DNA of 64,000 bases from an uncultured Caldisericota bacterium. GTDB lineage: Bacteria > Caldisericota > Caldisericia > UBA6126. The stretch covers positions 2,978 through 66,977 of the forward strand of contig CAYRWA010000061.1 in NCBI GenBank assembly GCA_964427915.1. The letters are read 5' to 3'. Both the position numbers and the translations under genes were made by a program. Of this stretch, positions 1-9,397 are shown piece by piece (position 1 is the first letter of the stretch; every line of letters begins with the position of its first letter). A model generated the notes under the pieces. That model made no database searches. It was not told the origin of the DNA and was given only the letters and a program-made list of their open reading frames with translations.

Positions 1-2304
1 TTAAATGCCGATAAAGCAGGAACTATGGTGGTGGCAGCTGCTGGTAACTCCGGTACTCGTCACAAAAAGAATCCATGGCCCATCGATAGTCCTGGTATTT
101 ATGGTTTCGTTTTACAGGTTTCTGCATCAGATGATCGACTACATCAGTCTTTCGTTTTTAACCCTGCAAATGACGATGAGATTTCTACTAACGCCTATCG
201 AGCAAGACATTCCCCCGCCTTCCCCACAGATGCAAACTTCTATTCAAACATCAAATTGATTGATTGTGGTTTTGGTGCGAAAGAAGAATTCCCTTCCTCC
301 ATAAAAGGGAATATTGCTCTTATTTCAAGAGGACCCAAAAATGATGGGCTTTCCTTCCAATTGAAAAACTTAAACGCTAAAGCCGCTGGTGCCATAGGTT
401 GTATCATTTATAACTACGACCCAGATCCTTTTGGTGGTATTTTAATTGATCCCAGAAGTGGTGAGAAGCCTGAAGATTTTGAATTTATTCCCTGTATTTT
501 TATCTCAGGGGTAAAAGCCACTGCTATGAAAAAACATTTGGATCAAGACTACAAAATATCTTTCCCGATCGGTTCCGATGTTTCTTTTTCTGACTTTTCT
601 TCCACTGGCCCTAGTTATTCTGTTGATGACAATATTTTAAAACCCGAAATATGCGCCCCTGGTAAACAAGTTAACTCAGCTGTACTAAACAACAAATATG
701 AAGATTGGGATGGCACGTCGATGGCTACACCATTTGTTTCAGGTTGCGTAGCACTAACTCGTCAAGCACATCCAACATGGAGTGCCCAGCAAATCAAACG
801 AATTTTTATGCATTCTTCTGATTTGCTAAAAAACTTTGTGAACGGTCAGTACACCTCGTATTTCTTACAAGGTGCAGGACAAGTAAATGTAGAACATGCA
901 ATCACTAGTCCAATTGAGATCAATCCTCCTTACATAATGCGAAACAACGAACAATTTGAAGAACCGGTATCTATATCTATCACCAACATTATTGATCAAG
1001 ACGTTTCCTTATCACTCTCAGCAGAAATTTTTGAAGACGTTTTGGTCCAATTGAATCTAGAAGACTTACCCATCCCTGAAACACCTGTTTCTCTTGAACT
1101 ATCTGACAAATCCATTACACTGAAACCAGGAGAAACAAAACGAGTTCAACTAACGATTAAAGAACAAGAAGAGGCTTTTGTTGAGAATAAATATGAAGGC
1201 GCTTTTTGGATAGATATCAAGAATGCATCTGCGGTTGGTAGCTCATCAAATCAACATCACTTGCCTATCATTCTTTGGCAAGATACTCTCCGAAATGTAT
1301 CTGATAGTATTACTGATTTCTACTTTTCAAAAGATAGCATTAATATTGAAGCAGAAGAAAATGGCTATGTCCATTTTAGTCTTAATGCGGGAAGCGCTTT
1401 TGAACTGAATATTGGAAGTCCCCAGGATGGCAAACAATACAATAACTTAGCTAGTTATCTTAGCTTTCATGCCTACGATCAAACTGGAGTAGATTGGGGT
1501 ACTGTTAAAACATTTGAATATCTTCCTCTTGGTGAGTATGTCTTTGAATGGGACGGAAAGAGTTTAGAAGGCAATGAATTTCTACCCGATGGAGATTTTT
1601 ATCTTGCCGCTTCTATCAAAGGAACTCGTTTCGACGGAGGAATAGAAGATATTTACGAAACCTTCACAGCAGAATCAACCCTTTCAATATCCGGCTCGTC
1701 AATTCCAAAACCGCCCACTTTTTTACTTAGCTCCCCTAAAAAATTGAATATTGGTGATAGATTTGTTGTCAATATTGGATTTAGAGAACCTTTTAACATC
1801 ACAGAATTTGAAATTGAACTCAAGTTTTCACGGTCGAAGCTCATCCATGAAAAAATGCATATTGGAAATTTCGTTGACACAGATCTCTTAACAGACAAAG
1901 ATGCAGAATTTGACAGAGGAATATTTTATATTAAAGGAACCCGCAATCCCGATTGGAACGAATATGGCAATGCAATTATTGCTCAACTTGAATTTGAAGC
2001 AAAAAGAGCCACGGATACTTTGGACGTAGAAATTATTAATTTCATTTTCAAAGATTCTGATGGGAATAAAAGAAAGACTCTGTTTTTACTCCCACCTTTT
2101 GAAATTGAAAAGGAAAACGCAACATTGGGTGATTTTAACGAAGATGGGTTAGTTGACGACGATGATTTCATCCTATTAAAGGAACACTATTCTACAAACT
2201 GGCAAGATAAAAATTGGGATCCACTATACGACCTAAATTCCGATTATTATGTCAACCTTGAAGATTTGAAAATTTTTGCTCGATATTATATTCCTAGTAC
2301 CTAA
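1..2304 (+). CDS. Subtilisin-family (S8) serine peptidase with PA-domain insert, C-terminal cohesin-like module and dockerin; 5' end cut by window edge
   Basis: Frame 1 is open from nt 1 (LNADKAGTMVVAAAGNSG), so the ORF-track Met at 25 is internal. The S8 oxyanion block AAAGNSG and catalytic Ser block GTSMATPFVSG are present; the Asp/His blocks must lie upstream of the window. PA-like insert GNIALISRGPKNDGLSF..AAGAIGCIIYN. Cohesin-like module around nt 1722-2100. Two dockerin Ca-binding repeats, GDFNEDGLVDDDDF and DLNSDYYVNLEDL. TAA at 2302-2304. Confidence 0.85.
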   Translation, partial: LNADKAGTMVVAAAGNSGTRHKKNPWPIDSPGIYGFVLQVSASDDRLHQSFVFNPANDDEISTNAYRARHSPAFPTDANFYSNIKLIDCGFGAKEEFPSSIKGNIALISRGPKNDGLSFQLKNLNAKAAGAIGCIIYNYDPDPFGGILIDPRSGEKPEDFEFIPCIFISGVKATAMKKHLDQDYKISFPIGSDVSFSDFSSTGPSYSVDDNILKPEICAPGKQVNSAVLNNKYEDWDGTSMATPFVSGCVALTRQAHPTWSAQQIKRIFMHSSDLLKNFVNGQYTSYFLQGAGQVNVEHAITSPIEINPPYIMRNNEQFEEPVSISITNIIDQDVSLSLSAEIFEDVLVQLNLEDLPIPETPVSLELSDKSITLKPGETKRVQLTIKEQEEAFVENKYEGAFWIDIKNASAVGSSSNQHHLPIILWQDTLRNVSDSITDFYFSKDSINIEAEENGYVHFSLNAGSAFELNIGSPQDGKQYNNLASYLSFHAYDQTGVDWGTVKTFEYLPLGEYVFEWDGKSLEGNEFLPDGDFYLAASIKGTRFDGGIEDIYETFTAESTLSISGSSIPKPPTFLLSSPKKLNIGDRFVVNIGFREPFNITEFEIELKFSRSKLIHEKMHIGNFVDTDLLTDKDAEFDRGIFYIKGTRNPDWNEYGNAIIAQLEFEAKRATDTLDVEIINFIFKDSDGNKRKTLFLLPPFEIEKENATLGDFNEDGLVDDDDFILLKEHYSTNWQDKNWDPLYDLNSDYYVNLEDLKIFARYYIPST

Positions 2305-2313
2305 GGAGGGTTT

Positions 2314-5271
2314 ATGAAAAGAGTTGTTTCACTTATCTCAGTCTTATTTTTATTTACTAGTATTTTAAGTTTTAACACGTTTCAAACAAAAGCATTGGAA
2401 AATACAGATCCATTGCAAATTTCATCAGTAATTGGACTTACGGACACGGTTGGTACCTTTCGTATGGCCACACAAGACGGTTCGTATTTCAACCCCATCT
2501 ATCAGATGGGACTATTTGTGTCAGAAGATGAGAAAATATTTGTTGTTGATAGCGGAGAGTCGCAAATAGAGGTATATGATCTTCAGTTAAATCCTCTTTA
2601 CCACTTTGGCACGATTGGCAAAGAAGAAGGCGAGTACATGTATCTCACTTCTGTTAATGTATGTAGTAATGGCAATTTGTACATGACAGACTCATATCTA
2701 GGACGCATTACTGTTACAAAACCCGATGGTACTTTCATTAAAGTCATTGATGATGAACATCTACAAGCCCCATCCGATCTAGCCTTTTTACCAGACGGGT
2801 CATTTGTTGTTGCCGACTTTGACAAAGGACTTCTCAAATTTGATGCAACCGGATCCTTTGTTGGTTCCTTTTCAGATTACGATGGCTTAACCCCCTCTCC
2901 TGAAAACTACTATGGCCCTTCTCAGATCGAAGTTGATAGCAACGGCAATGTTTATGTCTCTGCATCTTCTATTGCTGGCATATGTGAAATAGTAACCATG
3001 GATTCCAAGGGAAACCATCTTTCAGATTGCATTGATATTGGAACAAATGAAGATAATGTGGGTGGTTTAATTACAGGTATTTCTATTGAAAATGATATCC
3101 TGGTTATTAGCCAAATTAACGGGCAAAGTACACATATTAAAAAATTCCAAATTCCCCAAGATCCAAACGATAAATTGGAATTTATTAGCATTGTTGCCAA
3201 GCCACCAGCAGGCAATACTATTGAAAAAGAAAATATCCTGCTCCCTACATCTGCCTACATTAAAGATGGCACCGTATATGTCCTTGAGGGAGCGCTTTCC
3301 AGATTAATGGTATTTGACAAAGACAACCGGTATGTAACTGATTACATGAGTATGGCTGATGGAATGCCCATTTATACATTAGGATTCCTGTATTCACAAT
3401 CGTCCCCGAAAGGTATATTATCAAATCCTCAGGGTGTACGGGTTGATGCTGATGGTAATATCTTCGTGGGCAACAGCAATTTTAGCAATATTGTCGTGTT
3501 TGACAATGATGGCAATGACATCAACCACATCGGAAAACCCGCTAGAAGTAGAAATCCTGATATTGGAGAATTTTTCTCCCCTACCGACGTTTGTTTTGAT
3601 CAGGATGGATACATCTATGTTTCTGATACACAAGCTGGCTTGATTCATGTTTTCGATGAATTCTATGAACCTTGGGCTTTGATTGATGAAGGATTTAGTT
3701 ATCCCCAAGGATTGTGTGTTAATGATCATGGAGAATTAATTGTCATTAGCTCTCGCACTGCCACCCTCTCCCTTATTGATATTTCAGAAATGATTGACGA
3801 ATATGCCTTTGAAATTGACGCCTACCCAATTAACGGAGAATGGCCAGTTGGCGTTTCTTGCAATGCAATTGGAGACATGTACGTCGCTCTAACCGGTAGC
3901 GATAGCATTGTGGCTATGGATGTTGACGGTGATCTACTTGCACAATGGGGTGAAACAGGTTCTGAACCTGGTCAATTAGATGCCCCCCAAGGTACATGTG
4001 TAGACGGTGCTGGCAATGTCTATGTAGCAGAAACAAATGGAGGAAGAATTCAAAAGTTCACTCCCGACGGCGACCTTATTTGGACATCGGATCTCCAATG
4101 GCCTGGTCTAACATTTATTACCATGGATTATGACGGTAAATTGTATGTAACAGATTGCTTGCACAGTGTTGTTATTGTCCTTGAAGACGAAACAGCTGTT
4201 CCACCTGATGATGGTTCAATAAAGGAATCAGATGCACAGTTTAGTTTGGTTGCCCAAGAAGAAATTATTGAAAACGAAACCTTTTCGATTCAAATCGAAG
4301 GTGAAAAATTAGAAGATGTCAGTAGAATTGAATTTGGAATAACACTTCCGTCCGAATACATCGAATTTGACTCTGTTACAGCAGGAACTCTTATCGATCA
4401 ATGTACTATTTCCGATGCAGATTTACTTGGTAATCTTCTCATTTTTGATATCACCGCAAACAACGCTCCTATATCGGGCACCGGTACAATTGCTACAATG
4501 AAATTTAAGGCATTGCAACCAGGGGATGTAGAAGTCGAGTTTGATCGCATTCGATTGCTTGATGAACGCGATAAAGAGATAACCTTTAAAGGATTTACTT
4601 CTGTCATGTTTACCATTCTCAAAGGTGATACACAACCACCTGAAATCCATATTGAAGAAACTCCCGACATTGTATACAGCGAATCATACACAATTAAAGG
4701 GAAAACGGAAGCTGATGCCTTTGTAACCATCAATGAAGAAGAAGTACCAGTAGACAAAACTGGTAGTTTCACGTACGAAGCCACTCTTGAAGTAGGAGAA
4801 AATACCTTTGTAATCCAAGCAACCGATCTTTCTGACAATACGGCAGAAGTAACCATTACAATAGAACGTAAAGTTAGAACCATTATTGAGTTCATCATTG
4901 GAAGAACAACCTACCTATTGAATGGGGAACCCTTCTTATTAGATGCAGCTCCGTTTGTCCATGAAGGCCGAACGGTATTACCAATCCGTCCCGTTGTAGA
5001 AGCCATTGACGGAGAAATTGGTTGGGATAATGCAGAGCGTAAGGTTACCATTAAAAAAGATGACATTTTGATGGAACTTTGGATCGATAAACCTATTGCT
5101 CGTATCAATGGAGAAGAAGCTCAAATTGACGAGAATCCCAATGTCACCCCCATGATTGTATCAGGAAGAACATTCTTGCCTTTACGATATGTTGCAGAGA
5201 ACCTTGGTTTTGATGTTGGTTGGGATGGAGCTACACAAACTATTACTTTAACACACCCAGCTCCTAAATAA
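2314..5271 (+). CDS. Secreted NHL-repeat beta-propeller protein with cohesin-like module, Ig-like module and C-terminal copper-amine-oxidase-N-type domain
   Basis: AGGAGG at 2304-2309. N-terminal signal peptide MKRVVSLISVLFLFTSILSF. Many NHL-like blades (GNVYVSA, GNIFVGNSNFSNIVVFD, GYIYVSDTQAGLIHVFD, GNVYVAETNGGRIQKF, GKLYVTDCLHSVVIV). Cohesin-like block FSIQIEGEKLEDVSRIEFGITLP..TMKFKALQPGDVEVEFD. Terminal repeats GRTVLPIRPVVEAIDGEIGWD and GRTFLPLRYVAENLGFDVGWD. Confidence 0.7.
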   Translation: MKRVVSLISVLFLFTSILSFNTFQTKALENTDPLQISSVIGLTDTVGTFRMATQDGSYFNPIYQMGLFVSEDEKIFVVDSGESQIEVYDLQLNPLYHFGTIGKEEGEYMYLTSVNVCSNGNLYMTDSYLGRITVTKPDGTFIKVIDDEHLQAPSDLAFLPDGSFVVADFDKGLLKFDATGSFVGSFSDYDGLTPSPENYYGPSQIEVDSNGNVYVSASSIAGICEIVTMDSKGNHLSDCIDIGTNEDNVGGLITGISIENDILVISQINGQSTHIKKFQIPQDPNDKLEFISIVAKPPAGNTIEKENILLPTSAYIKDGTVYVLEGALSRLMVFDKDNRYVTDYMSMADGMPIYTLGFLYSQSSPKGILSNPQGVRVDADGNIFVGNSNFSNIVVFDNDGNDINHIGKPARSRNPDIGEFFSPTDVCFDQDGYIYVSDTQAGLIHVFDEFYEPWALIDEGFSYPQGLCVNDHGELIVISSRTATLSLIDISEMIDEYAFEIDAYPINGEWPVGVSCNAIGDMYVALTGSDSIVAMDVDGDLLAQWGETGSEPGQLDAPQGTCVDGAGNVYVAETNGGRIQKFTPDGDLIWTSDLQWPGLTFITMDYDGKLYVTDCLHSVVIVLEDETAVPPDDGSIKESDAQFSLVAQEEIIENETFSIQIEGEKLEDVSRIEFGITLPSEYIEFDSVTAGTLIDQCTISDADLLGNLLIFDITANNAPISGTGTIATMKFKALQPGDVEVEFDRIRLLDERDKEITFKGFTSVMFTILKGDTQPPEIHIEETPDIVYSESYTIKGKTEADAFVTINEEEVPVDKTGSFTYEATLEVGENTFVIQATDLSDNTAEVTITIERKVRTIIEFIIGRTTYLLNGEPFLLDAAPFVHEGRTVLPIRPVVEAIDGEIGWDNAERKVTIKKDDILMELWIDKPIARINGEEAQIDENPNVTPMIVSGRTFLPLRYVAENLGFDVGWDGATQTITLTHPAPK

Positions 5272-5302
5272 ATCCTATCTTTCAAGATCTTTTCGGTGAT
5301 AC

Positions 5303-5340
5303 AAAAAAAGCCCCAGGAACTTCCTGGGGCTTTTTTCTTT
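5303..5340. terminator. Bidirectional rho-independent terminator
   Basis: GCCCCAGG-aactt-CCTGGGGC hairpin (5310-5330), with an A-run upstream and a T-run downstream. It sits between convergent genes. Confidence 0.7.
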
Positions 5341-5355
5341 TTTGATATTTCTGTA

Positions 5356-5381
5356 TTCTTCGTATTAATGAATACGAAGAA
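5356..5381. repeat. Perfect 11-bp inverted repeat (hairpin or operator-like palindrome)
   Basis: TTCTTCGTATT-aatg-AATACGAAGAA. No adjacent U-tract on either strand. It lies about 30 nt downstream of the minus-strand stop at 5413. Confidence 0.3.
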
Positions 5382-5412
5382 ATGATTCTAGAAATCTATC
5401 CTGTTTGATATT

Positions 5413-6582
5413 TTAGGGACGATAGTTCCGAATGAATTCCCGAATAGAATCAGTTCCATGACCTTCTCCTTGAACTACAAGGTCTTTAATGGGAGTATCA
5501 GCATCATCAGGAGACGAAGCAAACTCTTCCATCAATAGTTCCAAAGGAACACTATACCCAACGGATAACTCTCGCAACGTCATAAATCCCCTAATATCGT
5601 CCACTTTGTTTTTTATCACTTGTTGCTCGTAGGGTGTAGTAGTATTAGGAAAGAACCATTTAAAATGGCCAGTTAGAGTAAATGCACCCGCTACTAACAA
5701 CATAAAAACGATAGAAACAGCAGTCACCTTCAAGGGAGTGGAAGTAAGGGTTCTATTCTTTGTTGCAATTTCCAGTGTATTTTCAACTGGGCACGCATTG
5801 ACACATGCGTTGCACATAATGCATTCTTTATCGGTTACAAATTCTACTTCTGAAACGTGAATATTGACGGGACAAATCTGATCGCATTTTTTACAATCAA
5901 TACACGTTTCGGGATTGCGATGTACTCCATACAATCCAATTGGAGAAAGCAACCCCAAAAAAGCTCCAAAGGGGCATAAATATTTACAAAATAGACGATC
6001 TACCCAAAAAGCACCAACTATACTAATAAGCAAAATTGCTAAACCAATCGGAAACTCAAACATTTCTTCCAAAGAAAAAACATGGGCGTATGCAACCCAT
6101 GGATCAAATGCACGAATCAGCAGAGTTCCTGTTGCCCATGTTCCAATAACAAAAACAAAAAGCACCAGGTATTTTAGCAAACGAAGAACTCGGTCTTGTT
6201 TTGAAGATTTTGTTACTCTATTATGGACAGTTTTTCTGCCGATAGAGCCACAAATTTCTTGCAAGGTTCCCAAGGGACATATTTGCCCACAAAAGGCTCT
6301 TTTGTAGAGAACTGTTAAAAGAATCACAGCAAAGAACAAAATGAAACTTCCCAAAGCTAGACGTTTCAGCATCGATCCTTGGAAAAGCCACGAAAACAAC
6401 CCTTCCAAGCCTCCCATAGGACAAAAAGAATCGATGGAAAGCGTTCGTCCAACAAGATCTGGGTATTGATGGAACACTGAAATAAGAGTCATCAAGATCA
6501 AAATGAATACTAAAACAATCCAACGGAACACAATACTTCTTTTTCGATGTAGCACATTCAATTTTTTACCGTTTACGCTCAT
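5413..6582 (-). CDS. Membrane polyferredoxin, NapH/MauN/YccM-type 4Fe-4S binding protein
   Basis: Several TM segments. CX3CP-type motifs FCPMGG, FCGQICPLGTLQE and FCKYLCPFGAF. Two ferredoxin motifs, CIDCKKCDQICP and CIMCNACVNACP. I prefer the Met at 6582 (AAGGAG 7 nt upstream, and the N-terminus then aligns with the paralog at 8418) over the ORF-track start at 6639. Confidence 0.7.
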   Translation of the reverse strand: MSVNGKKLNVLHRKRSIVFRWIVLVFILILMTLISVFHQYPDLVGRTLSIDSFCPMGGLEGLFSWLFQGSMLKRLALGSFILFFAVILLTVLYKRAFCGQICPLGTLQEICGSIGRKTVHNRVTKSSKQDRVLRLLKYLVLFVFVIGTWATGTLLIRAFDPWVAYAHVFSLEEMFEFPIGLAILLISIVGAFWVDRLFCKYLCPFGAFLGLLSPIGLYGVHRNPETCIDCKKCDQICPVNIHVSEVEFVTDKECIMCNACVNACPVENTLEIATKNRTLTSTPLKVTAVSIVFMLLVAGAFTLTGHFKWFFPNTTTPYEQQVIKNKVDDIRGFMTLRELSVGYSVPLELLMEEFASSPDDADTPIKDLVVQGEGHGTDSIREFIRNYRP

Positions 6583-6677
6583 TAAAACTCCTTTACTTTT
6601 TTTAAAAAAACATCTCAGTTGTGTGGTCTTGATATGCAATAGGTACGTTTCGAAAAAACGTGTTCAGCGCTTTCATC

Positions 6678-6923
6678 TTATTGTGGCCCGTAGTACAATT
6701 GGTGTTGATGCATAGGAAAAGTATATGGTCTCCACTCCTTGTCCTGCATTGCCGCATTGCGCTTACCTACACCAATTATACAGGTTAAAACTAATATGGT
6801 TACAGCAACAATCAAGGCAATTTGTAAAAACCAATCCGACGATTTATATTCGTCAAGTTCAACTTCGTCGGTTTTTAAAGACAACGTTTTAGTTGTTTTT
6901 TTTGTACGGGTATCTTCTTGCAT
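6678..6923 (-). CDS. Hypothetical small single-pass membrane protein
   Basis: 81-aa ORF with one hydrophobic helix (WFLQIALIVAVTILVLTCIIGV), co-oriented upstream of the polyferredoxin gene. No recognisable family. Confidence 0.35.
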   Translation of the reverse strand: MQEDTRTKKTTKTLSLKTDEVELDEYKSSDWFLQIALIVAVTILVLTCIIGVGKRNAAMQDKEWRPYTFPMHQHQLYYGPQ

Positions 6924-7038
6924 AGGCTCCCTCCAGCAAAGATAAATGTTATAGTAAGTATATCATCTTTTAAGGGAACCTTTCATAATAAACAAGAAAT
7001 CATACAATAATAACATTCTATGGGAAGTAGGTACAACG

Positions 7039-8403
7039 ATGAATAAAGAAATTTTTCGAGAATATGATATTCGAGGAATTGTAGCAAGAGATCTAGCTGA
7101 GCCAGAGATTGAAAAGCTTGCAGAAGGCTTTGCACATTTCTTTTCTTCACGCAATCAGAAAACTATTTTAATTGGCTTTGACAATAGGATTTCCTCGGAA
7201 CCTATCAGAAATCAGCTTGTACATAGTCTCTTAAAGAAGGGTTTTCATATCGTCGATATTGGCTGCGTGATTACTCCTATATTCTATTTCACTGCTCGTA
7301 TACGCAATATTACAGCAGGTATTATGATCACCGCAAGTCATAATCCTGGTGAATACAATGGATTCAAGGTGTACTACGATGATAGCACTATATATGGTCA
7401 AGATATTCTTGACATCTACGAGTGGATCATCAAGCATGAGAGAGAAACCACTCCAGTTCATACTATCAACGTAAAGGGAACGTGTGAGAAATTGGACATG
7501 TTTCCAACATACAAAGACTATCTATTAAAAAGCATTACTCTTGGACCAAGAAAATTGCGAATTGGTCTAGATTGTGGCAACGGCACTGCTTCCTTTTTTG
7601 CACAATCCATATTAGAAGATGCAGGAGTTGAAGTTGTCCCCCTATATTGTACTTCCGACCCTACGTTTCCAAATCATTTCCCAGACCCAGTCAAGCTAGA
7701 AAATTGCAAAGACCTTTCTGAGACAGTAATATCTCAGAAGCTTGATGCCGGTATCGGTTTAGACGGAGATGGCGACAGAGTTGGATTGATAAGCGAAGAA
7801 GGAAACCCTATATGGGGAGACATGATAATGATACTGTTAAGTCGCGAAATATTAAAAAAACACCCCGGTTCAACCATCATTTGCGAAGTAAAATGTTCAC
7901 AACTTCTACCCGATGACATTCTTCACAATGGTGGAAAACCTATTGTATATAAGACGGGGCATTCTTTGATTAAGGCCAAAATGAAAGAAACCGATGCAAT
8001 CTGTGCAGGAGAAATGTCGGGTCACATATTTTTAAAAGACGAGTATTTTGGTTTTGATGACGCAATATATGCCGCTCTGCGTATTCTTCGAATTTTATCC
8101 CTGACCGATAAACCATTATCGTCTCTTCTTTCTGATTTACCAACCATGCATTCCACGCCTGAAATTCGAATTGAAGTACCCGAAGAATTGAAAAACCAGC
8201 TTGTCAAAAACGCACAAATTTACTTAAGTAAAAAATACGATTGCACTCTAATTGATGGAGTTAGAGCTGTCATTAAAGATGGTTGGGGTTTGATTCGAGC
8301 TTCAAACACGGGACCGATATTAGTCATGAGAGCTGAGGCAAAAACAACAGACACGTTGCTGTTCATCAAGGAAGAACTCCAGAGAGCTATTCAAAATAAG
8401 TAG
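7039..8403 (+). CDS. Phosphomannomutase/phosphoglucomutase (alpha-D-phosphohexomutase family)
   Basis: N-terminus FREYDIRG. Phosphoserine loop TASHNPGEYNGFKV. Metal loop GLDGDGDRV. Sugar-binding GEMSGH. Length 454 aa. Confidence 0.85.
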   Translation: MNKEIFREYDIRGIVARDLAEPEIEKLAEGFAHFFSSRNQKTILIGFDNRISSEPIRNQLVHSLLKKGFHIVDIGCVITPIFYFTARIRNITAGIMITASHNPGEYNGFKVYYDDSTIYGQDILDIYEWIIKHERETTPVHTINVKGTCEKLDMFPTYKDYLLKSITLGPRKLRIGLDCGNGTASFFAQSILEDAGVEVVPLYCTSDPTFPNHFPDPVKLENCKDLSETVISQKLDAGIGLDGDGDRVGLISEEGNPIWGDMIMILLSREILKKHPGSTIICEVKCSQLLPDDILHNGGKPIVYKTGHSLIKAKMKETDAICAGEMSGHIFLKDEYFGFDDAIYAALRILRILSLTDKPLSSLLSDLPTMHSTPEIRIEVPEELKNQLVKNAQIYLSKKYDCTLIDGVRAVIKDGWGLIRASNTGPILVMRAEAKTTDTLLFIKEELQRAIQNK

Positions 8404-8417
8404 GAAGAAGGTATTAC

Positions 8418-9326
8418 GTGAAAAAGAATCGATCCTCTATTGCCACTTTGCGATGGGTTATTCTTCTACTCATCCTAGGCTTTGTTACGATTAATGCTTA
8501 TTTGCATCAACATCCTCAGATTCTCGGGAAAACTGCCTCTGTTTGTGCACTTTGCCCCACTGGAGCAATCGAGTCATTTCTTTATTGGATTCGCACTGGA
8601 TTCTTCCTTCATCGAGTTGCACTATCTAGTCTTATCCTCTTTGTTAGCATTCTTGTTACTGCCCTTCTCTTCCGTCGATCTTTTTGTGGTCAGTTTTGCC
8701 CCTTTGGAACCTTGCAAGAAATAGTTGGGTCCATTGGAAATCAAATTAAATCTATTCGATCAATGCGAAAAAAAACAAAAAGAGATTCATTTCGTTGGAC
8801 GAAATATATTGTTATTGCTGCGTTTATCGCTGTTCCATGGTTTACTTCCAGTCTTTTCTTCCGACACATTGATCCCTGGGTAGCTTATGCCCACATTACA
8901 ACCAACGAGATTTTTGGTGTTTTTCTCTGGGGTTTTCTTGTACTTGTAGTCTGCTTAATTGGTTCTTTCATTTGGGATCGCTTTTTTTGCAAATATGTGT
9001 GTCCTTTGGGAGGGTTTTTAAGTATCATCGCTCCGTTAGGACTGTTCCGTATTGTTCGTAATACAGAACAATGCATAATTTGCTCAAAATGTAATATCGT
9101 TTGTCCCATGAATATCGATGTTTGCCATCTACAGGAAATTACTGACCCGGAGTGTATTATGTGCCTTCAATGTGTGGATGCATGCCCCCATGAGGACTGC
9201 CTAGTTATTTCTTCCAAAGCAGGAACCAGGGTTTCACCTGTTTTCGTTGTATGGCTCACATTCATCATCATTATAGGTTTGGTAGCCATTACAACGATAA
9301 CAGGACATTTTCAATGGATTAAGTAA
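8418..9326 (+). CDS. Membrane polyferredoxin, NapH/MauN/YccM-type 4Fe-4S binding protein (paralog of 5413-6582)
   Basis: GTG start. Motifs LCPTGA, FCGQFCPFGTLQE, FCKYVCPLGGF, CIICSKCNIVCP and CIMCLQCVDACP, collinear with the minus-strand paralog. Confidence 0.7.
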   Translation: MKKNRSSIATLRWVILLLILGFVTINAYLHQHPQILGKTASVCALCPTGAIESFLYWIRTGFFLHRVALSSLILFVSILVTALLFRRSFCGQFCPFGTLQEIVGSIGNQIKSIRSMRKKTKRDSFRWTKYIVIAAFIAVPWFTSSLFFRHIDPWVAYAHITTNEIFGVFLWGFLVLVVCLIGSFIWDRFFCKYVCPLGGFLSIIAPLGLFRIVRNTEQCIICSKCNIVCPMNIDVCHLQEITDPECIMCLQCVDACPHEDCLVISSKAGTRVSPVFVVWLTFIIIIGLVAITTITGHFQWIK

Positions 9327-9333
9327 TGATTCA

Positions 9334-9378
9334 AATCGCCCTCATTACGGTGGGGCGATTTGGTGCTTTTCCTTTTTC
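9334..9378 (+). terminator. Putative rho-independent terminator
   Basis: AATCGCCC-(11 nt)-GGGCGATT hairpin followed by a T-rich stretch (tggtgcttttcctttttc). Confidence 0.5.
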
Positions 9379-9397
9379 AAACAATACCCTATCTCAT

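Noticed and set aside
4398-4898. 166-aa antisense ORF inside the NHL-protein gene. Similar long antisense ORFs occur at 5915-6307, 45215-45601, 47391-47768, 49269-49778 and 58018-58497.
   Set aside because: All lie fully inside well-supported genes with recognisable family motifs on the opposite strand. Their products are low-complexity and have no start context.
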